DNA of 50,999 nucleotides, counting the filler, from Jimgerdemannia flammicorona (lineage: Eukaryota): the NCBI GenBank assembly GCA_003990765.1. It is 2 parts of 2 records of this genome, joined end to end, with 100 filler letters (N's around TTAATTAATTAA, not from the genome) between each part and the next. Parts side by side here need not be neighbours in the genome. Positions count along the whole stretch, not along the records: positions 1 to 25,450 come from RBNJ01000830.1; 1 more part is not named here. The stretch is one strand, 5' to 3'. This document shows, in pieces, positions 1-15,800 of this stretch. Position numbers and translations under genes: made by a program. The notes below the pieces were generated by a model. The model was given only the letters and a program-made list of their open reading frames with translations. It had not been told where the DNA came from and did no database searches. The first letter of the stretch is position 1; each line of letters begins with the position of its first letter.

Positions 1-570
1 CGCCTGTGAGTTTGCCAGGCTTTGTTGGGTGGAACTGTCCTTAACGGGGCACCAGTTTGGACATGTGAAAGGCAGCTTGGCTAGTAATGGCCAATGTTGT
101 CTATCTGTGTCCGACTTCAACCATCCGTTCGAAGTGTCACATGGTGAAACTCTGAAGTTGTGCATATCGTGTGTAATGTCTCAACAATTAAATTCTCGAC
201 TTCGAAGGTATCCCAAGATGACGTTGCCGACAAGGTGCAGTGGTCTAGGCTCCTTACTATAGCGTTACAGTGACGCATCCGCATAATCGAATACGACCTT
301 TCAGCTCCGTAAAATTTACATTTATCCACTAACACTGTAATTATGCGCTTAGTAACATAGACGACGTATCATGCGATCACGAAATCTCACTTCACAGTAA
401 TTTTTGCAAGTGCGGCACTGCTTTGAGATATTTATTCACAGTGGAACTCTAACCAAAATATATTACAGAGAGATGCACAGAACATGGAAAAGGCGAGGCA
501 AGTGTTCTATACAGTACACACGACTAGCTATAAAATCAGCATGAAGATTAGGATATGATACAATGAATGT

Positions 571-2181
<1,611 letters not shown>

Positions 2182-2583
2182 TCAGAAATTCTGATTTGTT
2201 TAGCTAGAACATTTCCAACCGTATTCGTGTACTTGTACTCGCTATCTAGCACCTCTTTCACAATTTTTTTAATGTATATTTCTCGCACGTTAATCCGTTT
2301 TGTGCTTCGTGCGTGTGGGTTTTGTATCTTTGGCATTTGTATAGATCCTCCTGCCTTTGTACATCTTTTTAGCGATTTTTTTCTTTTCATTTTGCTGCAT
2401 CCGATATTTGACCTAGGTCCTGTCATGTATAGAAAATAAATCTTCCGTGGCCAGTTCGCGGTGGCTGTCGAAAGATAATTATCGCATTAGTGTTTGCCAT
2501 CATGTGATCTGTGGTATTGTTGATTGCGTCACATGTGTTCAAAATTAGGACGCTTTCCGTTGAACATATCCAATATTGCAATC

Positions 2584-3538
2584 ATGGTCAGTTCCCTGTA
2601 AAAGGCTGTAGAGAGGTTATAGGAAGTATTTTAATTTTGTTACGACCTTTAGGCGTCAGGACAGATTTGTGATATCGACCCCAAGGTGCTCGAGAAGTTG
2701 AAACAGTTCCGTTTCGCCAAGAAATCCAAGGGCAATGCGGCCTATGTCTGTGGGTATCTTTATCCTCAACTTTTGTTTACTCTGGAACGCTGAACACATG
2801 TTGGAAAACTGTGAGGTTGTCTGTTTTAACTCTCGTCGTTTTACGGCCGTTCCCAACGTCAGTGAAGATTGATCGTAAAAAATTGCTAGTTGAGGAGGAC
2901 GAAATGTATGACGACATTACCGTGGAGGATCTTGTGGATGGTATCTACTCGATTCTTTTTATTTCTTGCATCTGAAGGGGAGTTATGAAATAGACGTGTT
3001 GGCTTTAAACGACAAAACTCATCTGTTGTAGTACTTCCTGAAAATTCGCCGCGCTATATCGTTCTCAGCTATGAGGTAAGCCATTCATGTGACGAAGGGC
3101 CTTGCGATGCCGACCATTCAGCTCACGAAATTTTGTGGTTCGTCCTACCTGCTCCATGATTCGTGTAGCTCCATCACCATGACGGACGCAATAGCTTCCC
3201 ACTCGTCTTCATCTACTGGTCGCCCAACACCGTGAAATCCGAAATGCACATGTTGGTAAGTGGTTATGAGGATACGTTTGGCACCGCATTTATTTTATTA
3301 ATTTTCATCATATCATCATACTCTTTGTTCGTGTAGTATGCTGGTGTGAAAACATATTTACAGTCACAGGCTGATGTATCAAAGGTAAGCCTTTCATTTG
3401 GTTCGGATTGGCATGGCCTCGATTAGACTAGTAATACCTTCATTTCTCCATTGTTTGCCTAACGCTACCGCTCAGTCTTTTGACATCCGCGATGCCGGAC
3501 AACTCAGTGATGAGTGGCTGAAGGAGAAATTACTCTAA
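2584..3538 (+). CDS. GMF1: Glia maturation factor (ADF-H family, GMF/Aim7), 7 exons
   Basis: Manual splicing gives MASGQICDIDPKVLEKLKQFRFAKKSKGNAAYV..KIDRKKLLVEEDE..LPENSPRYIVLSYELHHHDGRNSFPLVFIYWSP..MLYAGVK..SFDIRDAGQLSDEWLKEKLL*. All introns are GT-AG. Not captured by the ORF track. Confidence 0.92.
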
Positions 3539-4180
3539 TTGCTCTCGAAGAATCTGGGTATGGGATAGAAGGAATGCGGGAAGAGGAGTTAGTTATTAGG
3601 AGGACAATCAATGATGTATTTAAGCGCAGACCGGGACACTACTTGAGTGAAAATTTGCGTCTGTTGTATTTTCCCGCAATACGCATTCTGTTGGTCGAAA
3701 CCCATTATACGCAGCATAATATGCTTCAACAAGCCTATTAAAAGCACGTCATTCATTAGAATCAGGATAACTCCTATCTGTTTATTTCACTCTTCGACCA
3801 CCTGATAAATGTGATCACGGACGGTCATAACTCCAAAATGATGACATTACCCCCTCAAAAGAAACCGTATGTATAAAGAAGAAAAATTGAACCACGTTTT
3901 TGTACAAAAATCAACAAAATATAAAACGATTGCAGGAATAACCAAAGTAACCGAATGTGAAAAATATATAGTGTGCATTGTTGGGGGTGGAACAAATGTC
4001 TTATTCTGTCATGGATGTTTTGTGTTCAGGAGGCTCGTGTAACAAAACGTAATCCAGCTAAGAATAAGCAAAGAGAAAGGAAGCAAAACTTGCAGCACGA
4101 CCGAGGGTGGGGAGAGTTCGGTACATGAAGGTATGGTTGTAGACGTCCTTTCCGAAATGGGGGACGGTATTGTGGTCGAA

Positions 4181-5024
4181 TTACGCGTCGGCGATGAGAG
4201 CGACAATCATTCGGTACAGATAGAAGAAAAAGCACTGTCGGTGTGGGATAACGTGAGTATGAACATGCAACTCGCGCTGAACAACACAATTCTGAAGCTC
4301 CCACGTCACCATATTCCCTATAGCATGACTTTACTTACAAGAAGATAAAAGGCAAGCTTGATGAAGCATTCCTTCTTGTGTTGCGATAATGTGCGGAAGA
4401 TTTCAGTGGCGTCATACATGTGGCGGTTATTGGTGATCCTGACGAGCATTGGTGAAGAGACACAGAACCCATAAATATTTCTCATATGAGAATATCACAC
4501 AAACTGGCAGCAACTAGGCGGCCCAATATGCATGTATGTATGTATTTTAACCAATACTCACTTCTGCACGTTGAAAGCGACCAGAGGTAGATTGATAAGG
4601 GCCGCAATCCAACTTCCGTTAAGGAGGAACATGAGGAAGAGGAACGCTTGCGCACCCATCTCGGGCAAGACAAACTATTATGTAAACGGATATAAGCAAG
4701 GTGAATAATTTGCTTGATGGTTAACATAGAACCACACAATCCTAGCGACATGTCTAATTCTGTGCTCTCCACTTCACAATTAGCCCATTCCATGATTTGG
4801 CGCCCTTTCCGTGATGATAAAGAAAGCTTAGCGTAGCCCGTTGAAACTTTGTTCCTTGGCAGTTTGTTCGAGACACGTACCTGGTTCAGTTTGTTGCAAA
4901 GATCGATTGGGTTGATGTAGTCGCATTCCAAGTCGGAAAACATGATCACGAAGAACACCATCATGAACAGCAGCAGCGCCGCCATGATGACACCGAACAA
5001 AAACAGCAAGCCTTCTCCTGGCAT
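4181..5024 (-). CDS. ERV14: Cornichon/Erv14 ER cargo receptor, 4 exons
   Basis: MPGEGLLFLF...FSDLECDYINPIDLCNKLNQ|FVLPEMGAQ...INLPLVAFNVQK..HMYDATEIFRTLSQHKKECFIKLAFYLL|CFFFYLYRMIVALIADA*. Confidence 0.95.
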
Positions 5025-6077
5025 GGCGATGGGGTTGACTAGTGGGTGGGGTGAGAGGTGTTGGGGGGGGGGACAGGAATGCAGTGTTTCAAGGTTGTTG
5101 GCGCGTGTGTGCGACGGCGGGCGAGGGTCTGTTCCCCGATTGGCCACAAATTTCGGCTACGTGGCTGCGGGCCTGACATACCATGGTGACGAATCACGCC
5201 GTCATCCGCCAGAGATAACGTCACGCGCCTTTGCTCCCAGAAGATCCGGACTATTCTTTGGAGATAGGGGTCCATATACCAACCAGAGTTTGTCAAAGAC
5301 ATCTCTGACATCACCGTTCGCTTTTAACGCTCAGGCAAAGCGGTAGCCATCCGACTTGCTCATGAAAGGTGAGTGTGTTCAAAGTCAGCAAAGCTCCCAT
5401 CTTGGATCCTCTTAGGTGCCATCTCGCACTCATTGCACGCACTGAAGAGTTGCTTCACGAGAATGTCGCATCGTGAAAGGCGTGGGCAAGGGTCAAAAAC
5501 TTGATGGATCACACTAAATTCATTCGACCCGAGGGCGTTGCTCACACGGTGGCCTTCGTTTGTAAGGTGAAATGGACATAATCAAACAGTATATCCAACA
5601 ACCCTTCACATCTGCAGTTCCCGGAATCTGGATGTCTCACGACGATCCACACAAAGTGCCTGAAGTTTTATGTAGCTGGCGTAATTTACAATATATAAAT
5701 ATATGCTGATCAAAAACTTTGAAGATAAAAAGAGCTGATTAGTAATAAGGGGACCACCTACTACAATACGGCTTTTTTGTCCGCTGAAATGCCTACGTTA
5801 ATAATATACTCGCAAAGCCACTACTGCGAGAATCCATCCCGCTATTAATACGAGAGCGAATCACGGGATTACAATAGTTATTTGACCTTCGACTTTATTT
5901 TACAAGGACCACCCACACATTAATGTATGCAAGAAATATTACAAAAAGGTAAGAAATAAAAAATCTATACATCGTTGGCCACGTCAATGGGTCAAAAAAA
6001 AAAAAAAAAAACATCAAGTGCAGATGTATAGTATACATGCAGGATGAAAGTGAAAGACGCGCCAGATTTCAAGCACT

Positions 6078-6473
6078 TTACTCTTGGGCACCAGGAGTCT
6101 TCTTCGTCTTCTTTGGCAGCAGGTTGGCGTGGATATTTGGCAGGACACCGCCTTGAGCGATCGTGACGTGACCGAGAAGCTTGTTCAATTCCTCGTCGTT
6201 GCGGATCGCCAGCTGCAAGTGACGGGGGATGATACGGGACTTCTTGTTGTCGCGGGCGGCATTACCAGCCAACTCGAGGATTTCCGCCGCAAGGTATTCG
6301 AGAACGGCGGCAAGATAGACGGGCGCGCCGGCGCCGACACGCTGGGCGTAGTTGCCCTTGCGGAGCAGACGGTGGATACGGCCGACGGGGAACTGAAGAC
6401 CGGCCTTGGCGGAGCGAGATTGCGAGGATTTGGCGCCAGCAGCGGCCTTGCCACCAGATTTTCCACCAGACAT
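6078..6473 (-). CDS. HTA1: Histone H2A (intronless)
   Basis: [43 protein letters not shown]...[16 protein letters not shown]-terminus TPGAQE*. Confidence 0.98.
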   Translation of the reverse strand: MSGGKSGGKAAAGAKSSQSRSAKAGLQFPVGRIHRLLRKGNYAQRVGAGAPVYLAAVLEYLAAEILELAGNAARDNKKSRIIPRHLQLAIRNDEELNKLLGHVTIAQGGVLPNIHANLLPKKTKKTPGAQE

Positions 6474-6966
6474 TATGAGTTTTTGGCGTTCGGAGGGGGG
6501 GGGATTTGATGGTTTGGTTGCGAAGGTCAGGTCGATCTATTACGATGGTATGGGTGGTGGATGAGGGCCAAAATCCAATCTGAGCTTTATACGGTAGGGC
6601 AGACGGGAGAGGAGCTCTGCGAAAAACGAGGGTTTGTTTACTGTAGGATATATCGACAAGGGGCCAATGGTAGGGGGAATGGCCACGCTGACCCAGTTTG
6701 GGATGTCGTGGAAATCGCGGTCGCGTTCCGTGTCGGCGACACCACAGCCTAAACGAGCGTGTTTTCGTGTTTCGTGACAGCCTCGCGACCGTGTGCATTT
6801 CGCGATCGAGACACCAAGACCCAGTAAGGAATCGCCCAAATAGACGCTGAAATTTTCACAATATAAAGCCTTCCCAAATGGTCCCCTGCTCTTCTTACCG
6901 ACAAAGTTTCCGAGCAGTTTTTTTTTGTGTCCCCAAACTCCCATCCCAACCCACAAACACTCAAAT
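6474..6966. promoter_or_regulatory. Bidirectional H2A/H2B promoter
   Basis: Between divergent starts. CCAAT at about 6575 and 6664, several CGCG cores including TTTCGCG near 6798, and TATAAA near 6862. Confidence 0.65.
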
Positions 6967-7496
6967 ATGCCCCCCAAGTCCGCTGAGAAGAAGCCCTCCA
7001 GCACTGGTGGCAAGGGTAAGCGTTCGCCTTATGGCTGACTTGCGCGCTTCTCACTACGGCTCGTTCGATTGTTGCGAGTTACGCGTTTTTCCTCACCAAG
7101 TTTGTAAATCTCGATGGTTCACAAATAGCCCCGGCTAAAACCGCTGCCGCTGCCCCCGCTGAGAAGAAGGAGAAGAAAGCCAAAGCCGAGGGAGGCAAAA
7201 GCAAGAAGAAGACCCGCAAGGAGACCTATTCTTCGTACATTTACAAGGTGTTGAAGCAGGTTCACCCTGACACCGGTATCTCCAACAAGGCTATGTCCAT
7301 CCTTAACTCCTTTGTCAACGACATTTTCGAGCGTATCGCCACCGAGGCCTCCAAGTTGGCCGCCTACAACAAGAAGTCTACCATCTCGTCACGCGAAATC
7401 CAGACTGCGGTGCGTCTCATCCTCCCTGGTGAGCTTGCTAAGCATGCCGTTTCTGAAGGAACCAAGGCCGTTACGAAGTACACTTCGTCCAAGTAA
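6967..7496 (+). CDS. HTB1: Histone H2B (2 exons: 6967-7015, 7129-7496)
   Basis: [20 protein letters not shown]...[29 protein letters not shown]...[15 protein letters not shown]...TAG intron 7016-7128. Confidence 0.97.
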
Positions 7497-8354
7497 AAGA
7501 ATGTTGTGAGCTGCGAATCTGTCGCCCAAATCCACTTGTCATCACACTTCAAACACCTTGTACAGTTTTCTATCCCCCTTCCCTTCTTGTTCGCTTCAGA
7601 ACCGCATTTTGGCCTTTTGCGCCCATTCATGTATTGTTTTTATTAGTTCATAGATGTGTATAATTTTTGGTGTGTGTAATGGACGATGATCAAGTTTCTG
7701 GTGGTTATCAAATGTGAGTTTGTTGTGAATAAATCATTGAGAATCCATAACAATATGCTATTTCGTGTGTTGAATATTATGCGTTAATTTTTGATGTGCC
7801 ATTACCGTAATCTCCGTGACTTTCGGATGAAACTGGTTTTACCAACACTAGCGTTAATCACATGCTGATGGAAAGATTGGCCATGCTATTGGTTATGTGA
7901 AAGTGAATTGCACATTTGGCGGTTTTTGGATGTCTCGCTGTTAGAGACAAGTCATTCCACTGAGCAGGGTGTTATTATTTTTTTCGCGTAATACCATGCG
8001 AAGAATGTTAATTCATCTAAACAGGGATCTTGAATCTAAATGGAATAAGCAAGGAATGTATGGAAGGCTGGCTATGCTACGATTTCGGGGGCACATCGCG
8101 AATAAGTGTTCCATTATATATCAGCGTAGCGATTCGACAAATTGTAAACCTCGTACTCTAGCCCTATCATGTTTCAGAATCCCACGCACCAACTCTGTAT
8201 TCATTACACTCGATCACCGCCACCCTGATCGAAACACTGAAAACCGCAAAAACACATTCGCACATGCCTTCAGTTGGATTATTTTTGAGAGAAAACAATG
8301 TACACATGCAGTGAAACGCACATTTATTAGGACCATTTTGGGGCACTATGTTGC

Positions 8355-9641
8355 TTAGGCGACGAGCTCGACAACTGATATTTCCATGCACAAGAAAGCA
8401 AAGGAGAAAAGATATATATCAGAACTGCAACACAAATAGTATATAAGCAAAAGTCGAAGAGTATAAGAGGCCATTGGTGAAATTAATCCCTTACCACCGC
8501 CAGCTTCCTTAATCTTGTTCTCAGCACGACGGCTGACGAAACGAGTCCGCACGATAAGGGGCCTCGCCGGCAGATGACCCTTACCCAAGACCTTGCCGTA
8601 GCCCTGAAACAGTGAGCAGATAAAAATTTGGGTCAATGACTGCTACAAACAAAATTCAACGATTCAAAAAGCATATAACACAAATATACTTACAGCGCGG
8701 AGGGTATCGATGACGGGGACCTTATCGCCTTTCTTGTACTTTTCCTTGACTTCATCGCTGACCAGAGTCCACAGCTTGTCGAGGTTGACAGTAGGGCGGT
8801 GGGTGGTGTTGCGCGTCAAGTGGAAGTGGCGCATACCGACCTTACCAAAGTAACCAGGATGGTACTTATCGAAGTTGATGCGGTGGTGGTGCTGACCACC
8901 GGCAAGACCGCGACCTCCGGGATGTTTTCTGTGCTTGCCTGTGATGATAGCAATGTGCGGCGTAAGTTTCCAGAAGCCGTTTCAAATAATAATAAAAATC
9001 CTATGTCCCATACAGTGGATCCCGTTCACTGTGCCACAATTTTCCCACCGTCCGCCGATCCCACCAACTCATTGACTGGTCCTCTTCAAGGTCTCCAAGG
9101 TTTCCATTTCCTCCATTTCCTCCATTGACGACACACATCCAACCACCGCCAACCAAACCGCACGAATACCCCACTCCACGCGCAAGTGATTCGCTTTTCC
9201 CAGGTTGATCCAGTTTAAACGCTAGGAATCCGAGAAACTCACCAACACGGCCGTGACCGGCGGAAACGTGTCCGCGCTTCTTCCTGTTCTTGCTAAGTCT
9301 GGAAGGCTATAGGTGACACGTAAGTCGTGGAGGCTCGTCAGTTGATGTGGTCATTGCAGATTCATATCAACGGTTCTCAGTCGGCATAGCCCTCCATTTA
9401 TTGATGGCATTTGGTTCCAAGTTGCTGTTACGGATAAATTGGTTGATTTGGATGGGATGGTCGTCATCGAAGGGAATTGATGGATGGATGGATGGATGGA
9501 TGGAGGGATGGGTGTAGCGTTGTTTCGCTCCGCAGTCATTGTTGGAATGCAAGATAAACTACGCCATCAATCCATTGTTCTCGAGGGAGCATGGGATATA
9601 TATAATCCACAACATTGTTGTGAGTGTCATATACTCACCAT
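8355..9641 (-). CDS. RPL28: 60S ribosomal protein uL15 (L27a / yeast L28), 5 exons
   Basis: ATG at 9641-9639, then intron. [61 protein letters not shown]...|GYGKVLGKG...IKEAGG|VVELVA*. Confidence 0.95.
9478..9512. repeat. (GGAT)n microsatellite in uL15 intron 1
   Basis: tgatggatggatggatggatggatggagggatgg. Confidence 0.85.
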
Positions 9642-9834
9642 GCTACGTTCCTCGTATGCGAAAGAGAAGGAAATCGATAGGACCGAGTCCCAACACCTTC
9701 AAGCCGCATGGTCACGATGACGACATTGAATTGTCATGTGACATAACAGATCTTCGGAATTGTAATAAAAGTAAGATACCAATCGATACACAATGTACAT
9801 TACAATTCTATGTATAAATGTCAACACGAACTAT

Positions 9835-12800
9835 CTACATCGTTCGTTGCAATATTGCCTTTTGTATTTGTTCGATCACATCCCACCTCAGATCCGGTAA
9901 TGTAAACTGAAGCATCACACGTATCATTCCGACCTCTGGTCCCACGTGCTCTTCCCCAACATTCCTAATCAACTGTAATAGTTCCTGCAGCGTATCGGGT
10001 CCGGGGACATCATTGTACATCAAATACATACCCAGCATGGCAAAATATTTACTATTGAGGGTCGACGATACTCTAGGAAACTCGAATAAAGTGAAGTATC
10101 GCTTCAGCGAAGCTATTCGCTGATCATCGTGGATATCCTCATCACCATCTTTCAACGACGCGAGTCGTAAGAGAATATCCATTTCTTGTCTCAGCGCTTC
10201 GACGAAAGACTCCCTTATCAAAGGTTCTTGTTTGTTCTCGCCTCGATGCATTCCAATTAAGGATCCCTGCTCGTGATATGCCAGAACTAATTTGATGTTC
10301 CACATAGTTAGCACATTCGGGTTTGTTTTTAGCGTCTCTTGTCCCTGGTACAGGGACAGATAGACTTGAATCGCCTCCGGTTTATCCATCGTTAGACACT
10401 CGTACAGGATTGACGTGCAGAAAGACGCGAGCTTTGACGAGCGGATGTCATCGACAGTAACGTTGCACATATATTTTGCAAATGCAAGAATTTGGGGATC
10501 CGCAGAAAAGGCCTGGACAAAGTCTTCCCTGTTACGCAGTTGGCGTTCGACGGACAATTCATCAGTGACAAGATTGTTCGGAAAAGACCGCGCAAATATG
10601 CTCTGGAACCCCTTCGGATCCTACATCAGCATCATCATATGAATGCGGTCAATGAGGTTGCTTGTCAAGCAACTCTAGAAATATTCTGTTCTACCGGAAT
10701 AGATTAAATATACTCACTTCTTGGTAACTCAAATGCCCCGTCTTCCTCTTCACGTATACGGTTCTAGTGGAAACAAGGCTTTTCAAATGTGCACGATTCT
10801 TTGCCAAGTCCAACGTGATGGGCCAATACCTCGGACTGTCGATCTTGATCATCTTGATGGACTTGAAATCCGGTAACAAGCACGGGGCCACTACCGACAC
10901 GTCTTTCGTCGGCCTCTCATGTGAAGATTCCTCACAATCATCGTCAAACAATGTCAATGTCATCGGGATGTAGCACGCTTTCCGGGTCTCAATGTCCCGT
11001 GGCACCAGACAACGAGGCTCAACAGCCAAAACCCATAGATGCCGAAATGCTTGCAAATGAGATCTATTGTCAGTAGGCGAGGTCGGGAACCGTGGGAAGA
11101 GTGCACATACAAGCGCAGCGACGGCCTTGTTCGATGTGCCGAGAGTGTAGTTGCCTGCCCCCAAGAACAAAAAACCGATCGCCATGTGGCAAGCCATATG
11201 GCTGCCATAGGTAACATCCCAGCTTATTCTTCCGTGAAGTTTCCGCAATCTGCGCAGAACCTCTAAATTTCCTGTTCCCGCCATCACAATAGCCACTGAT
11301 GTGACCAGAACATCGAGGCAGGACTTGACGGTGGTTCGCGTGACCTTCTCTTCGTAAGAGGTTGCTGGGTGCAGAGACGAACAGAGACGATGCGTGAATT
11401 GCCGTAACTGACATAAGGTCATTAGCCCAGCGAAATATTACAGGTAACGTCACCCACCTGGCGTAGCAGAAAGCCCCACAAAATAATCCAGATAATATAA
11501 TAAACATTGGAAAGCGCGCTCATGTGCTGATCCCGCATACCGGATCGCAATACTGAAACATGCTCCAGCCACAATGTGATAATAAGCCTGACGAACCGAC
11601 TCGATATTGGGATCATCAGTATCTTCTTGCTCCTTCGTCAATGCCGCTTTTATGAAGACAGGAACCTGCTCTTCTACCCAGTTATTGGAAGGCGTGATAC
11701 CGTTCCACAAAATAAGGTTCCGGCTCAAAATTCTCAGAAGCAAAAAATCAGGTCGAACATAGTCCAGTAACACCATCGTATCAGGGATGTCAATTTTGCT
11801 TGCAACATCAACTTTGTTCGTCTTTAGAAACATCAATCCCAATGCGATGGTGGCACCGGGAGATGTGACATTGACGTTAATGTTCTCGCTTTCTTTCCAT
11901 CCTTGTGTCTGCAATACGGGGGTTTTCAATTCAGATACGGTCTTTCGAACACCTTCGTCCTTACCACCGATCATAAACCTTCGTAATTCATCTTTTATGT
12001 GCAGGTCTGCCAATCCTGTTGCCTCATTACCCCGCCCAAGAGTGATGAAACCCAAGGCAAATCCAGCCGCCAGCGAGTAGCTTTCTTTGTGTATGCTAAC
12101 TGCGTCCGAGACATTCAACTCACGTTTACCAATTTCGGCGAGCATGACCTCCGTCATTCGTCGATGTGAAGTCCCCATATACAAAAGACCCATGCCCAAG
12201 ACGCATGTCGTCTGCGTCAATGCGGAATGATAAAGCTCCGTTGAGTTGGGAGGGAGCAAAGCAGGGATGTGAATCGAGAGTAGGCGTGTCACCTTGCCAT
12301 CCATGGACCCACAGTAAGCCGAAGATAGGCCCAACAGCAAGCCAATCGAGGCAAGATCATGTTTTTGTGCGAGATACTTATACCATTCAACGCTGGCTAC
12401 TCGACGTAGATGACCGCTAAGTCCCATGGCCAATAAGAAACCGGCGTGCTGAGCATTCAGTTCCTCTGGCTTGTTGAAGAGAATCCACGAGCCGCTGATA
12501 TCGCAGTCGGATGAAATGCGAAGACCTGCAGCCACGCCGTCATGGAAGTCGGCCCAATCCAAAAGGTCATGCGGTTGTGAGTGCATGTCCAAGGCGACGA
12601 CGGCATTCAATGGTAACACTTTAGCCGAAAGATTGATGCCTGGTATCGGAAATCCCTCCATGAATACGGCCGTGGAGGTGCCCATGGTGAAGATCCCGCG
12701 TCCCACTGGTAGCGATAGGGTTCGATTTGACAATGCCGTCACATGTACTTGATGTTCGATTGCCAAGTCCTGTTCACTATAAACCACACACAATATACTA

Positions 12801-15800
12801 TAAAAATACATCGCCACAGGACGCAACTGCTCGTTGATCGTTGGAAGTGGTATAAATAGGGACAAACCTCAGTTCTGGCCGCTCAGTGATTCGCAGTTTA
12901 ACTGGCTTGGCGGACTGTAACAATCTTTGTACTTCTTCGATACGTAAATCCATGCCGAAACGCAAATCGGTGACCTCGCTCATAATTATTTCTGTCCCAT
13001 CTTCCTTGGAGTTTGCTACATCGGCAGACTGATCGGCTTGGGCGATAGTTTGGATATCTTTTGGCTGAGACAATCCATAATATTGACATGGAGGAGAACC
13101 AAAGGTATCACGACAATATGTACATGAGGGGAGACTGTTACAGAAAACGTATAAACCGGCAGCTCAATGCAAATAAAATAAGAACTAACCAGCTTTGATT
13201 CATCCAAGGATCCGACATTCAGCACAGGCATTGGTGTTCCAAGAATTTGCTCCGCTAGATCTTCCCTACCTGGCAAAAAATCACATCTGAGGTCAAACCA
13301 AATAACCCCGCCAAGATTTTTGACAAATGGTGGAAAGCAGTGGGGCAAGGTCTATTACATACCTATCAAAACGTAAGCTTCTCCGGGCCAGTTTCCAGGG
13401 GGGGAATTTCGACACCTCCGAATCGCTTCTCGCAACGGCAAAGCTACACCAAATGGAACGCTATGTAGATCGCACAACCGGAAGCCCTCTCTGACCATCT
13501 CGAGAATGACGGCCTCTGGTCCACGGTGTGCGTTTGTCAAAGCCATATAAAATAAACAAATTTTTCGAGTCTGTTCACAACATGTAAACTCGCGGAGGAT
13601 GCCATCGGCGAGGAATTCCATCATTCGAGGAATGTGAGTGACGTTCCAAAATAGAGCGGGGTTGCGTTGCCGGATGCGGTCATAGATCCAGCGGTTGATA
13701 TCAGGCGGGGAGGATTTTAGTTCCTCGAATTTAGAATCAGTGTCCACCTGAAGGACTAAATAACATGAAAGATTAGGTAAATATGTGGCGTAGAAGTAAT
13801 AGAGAAGATCAATGCCATGACACACCTACCCTCCACCAGCCGCAACAATCCGATATCGCTGCCTTGTCTTGCGTAATAGTCTATCCATGTGTCCCATCCC
13901 AAGAACCGCGCCAACTGCACCAAAATCGGGCTCAAATCACTCACGTACTTCTGAGTGATTACACTCAGCTTCAAATCCTCGTAAACTAAATGCAAAGCCA
14001 GAAGAACAGAGTGGAAATAATCAAAAAGGCCAGATTGTTTATGATATCGCAAAAACACTTCCTTGGATTTCGAGAACCATCTGGTTAATGTGCTATCGAT
14101 CTTGGGCGATGCAGCGCTGTTCTTCAGATCAGTGTTCAGCGCGCGCAATGCAGGGTCATTCAAAGCTCGCCGATGATGTTCCGAAGACATCATAAATTCC
14201 CAATCATCCCCTTCCTCGAGATCATCTTCTGAAACGTCGGTCGTCACCACGTTGACCGCTTCACCGGGGGAGGGATGACAAAATGACAGCAAGATGACCA
14301 CAAAGTCCTCCCACTCGTCTCCGGCAGAGAAGCTGCCGCCGTATTTAGCTTCGTGGCCATACTCATACTCAAGGAAGCGGACATGAAAATTGAAAAACAG
14401 GTCGGAGGGCATGGCGTAGCTGAGCGCTGTGATACAGGAGCGGACCAGTGTGGACCTGGGTATAAAATTCACGAAGGCACGGAACACCAGATCATTGGAG
14501 AGGATTATGTTCAGTCGATTATCGACGGCGTCACGGAGATCCACCACGTGCGAGCTTCGCGATGGAGATCGAAACAAGGTGGACGATCCCGAAAACAACT
14601 TCGATGACGCGGAGGAACTAATACCCAGTCCGTGATCGTCCGTCCATGAGCCCCGTCCCCGCTTCGCCGACTTAGGGCCCCTGTTATGCATAGCAGGAGA
14701 ATCTTTGGGTACGGCACAAGGAATCCAGACATTGGGAAGACCAATCCACAGCTGCATCGTACCGTCTGGTTGCAGCAGCAGAATATCATATAGGCTTCGT
14801 CGTGTTGCACAAACAGGTACGGCGGAGACGGCTTGATGCTGAAATGCATTTCTCACTCTAACGCCCGTTTTATCGCAGGAAATATCAAGACCGACAAGAA
14901 TCTTTTGTGCTTTCTTAAATATACACAGGACTTCCGAACCGTCGATGTTGTGGGCAAGGAAAACGGAAAAATCTACCGCGGTACCGCTTATCAAATAAGA
15001 GGCCAAGTGAAGAGAAGGGTTTCAGCAATATACACGGGATGTTTCCAAAACATGATAGCGGCAACGATAACAGGTTATTGGGTGATTTCAAACGTTTGCT
15101 CATACCTGACGGTCCCGCCCTCTATCCAAACCGATTCCAAATACGTTACCGATGTCATTTGCTTGTCCTGTTGGCTCTGCACATTATCATTGTGCACAAC
15201 GCGATCTAACACAATGCTCGTATCGGTATTGGCCCTGGGCAACGAATTCCTGCGAGCAATAGGCGACAACGATAAAGAGGGGGATGTGGTTCCAGCAGCA
15301 GATGCCACAATGCTCGGCTGTCTCTGCAGTGTTCTTCCTGCAGCTGTCATTTCTTTTGGATAATCGCCCTCGTTCGGCCTCGTCGCGTACCGCCACACGT
15401 AGTGCCGCATTTGTTCGCGGTGGAATGTAACCACGACGGGCGTGCCGCCCGCCCTATTCCCTTCACTGACGAACAAAACCTCGTGGTTGTGGTCCGTGAA
15501 CGGGGTCGTGGGTTCGGCTATGCTGATGTGCTGCGTGCCAGCGACAATGATCTGCTCCGTCCTAGAGACCATCGTGATCTCGTCGAACGGATCGAGCAGG
15601 CTGAAGAGGATAGCTGTGGGAGGGACCTCCGGAAGGCCGAATGAGGATGGTTGCAGCTCCTCCGTCTCCGGAAGACGTTGCAGCAAGATCCCGACGTCGA
15701 GGGGCCAGGCTCGGTAAACGACAAAAGGCAGGTGGACGGTGTAGGAAAGGCCGCTGGGGAAGTAGATCTTCGCGGTTCTTTTAAGAAGGACGCAGAGTGC

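Noticed and set aside
5200..5800. Possible small gene or ncRNA between cornichon and H2A (ATGAAAG|GTGAGT donor-like site)
   Set aside because: Splicing yields only a short featureless peptide, and no RNase P/MRP, SRP or snRNA motifs were recognised.
7969..8358. 129-aa ORF between H2B and uL15
   Set aside because: GTG start, no recognisable homology, and it lies in the convergent 3' UTR region.
9000..9035. Hairpin (CAGTGGA..TTCACTG) near an ACA in uL15 intron 2, as an H/ACA snoRNA
   Set aside because: ACA spacing is wrong and no second hairpin or H box is evident.
9370..9470. Possible C/D snoRNA in uL15 intron 1 (ATGACGA ... CTGA on the minus strand)
   Set aside because: Imperfect C box and no terminal stem. 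The rRNA-like word CTATGCCGACT is in the sense orientation on the host strand, so it could not act as a guide.
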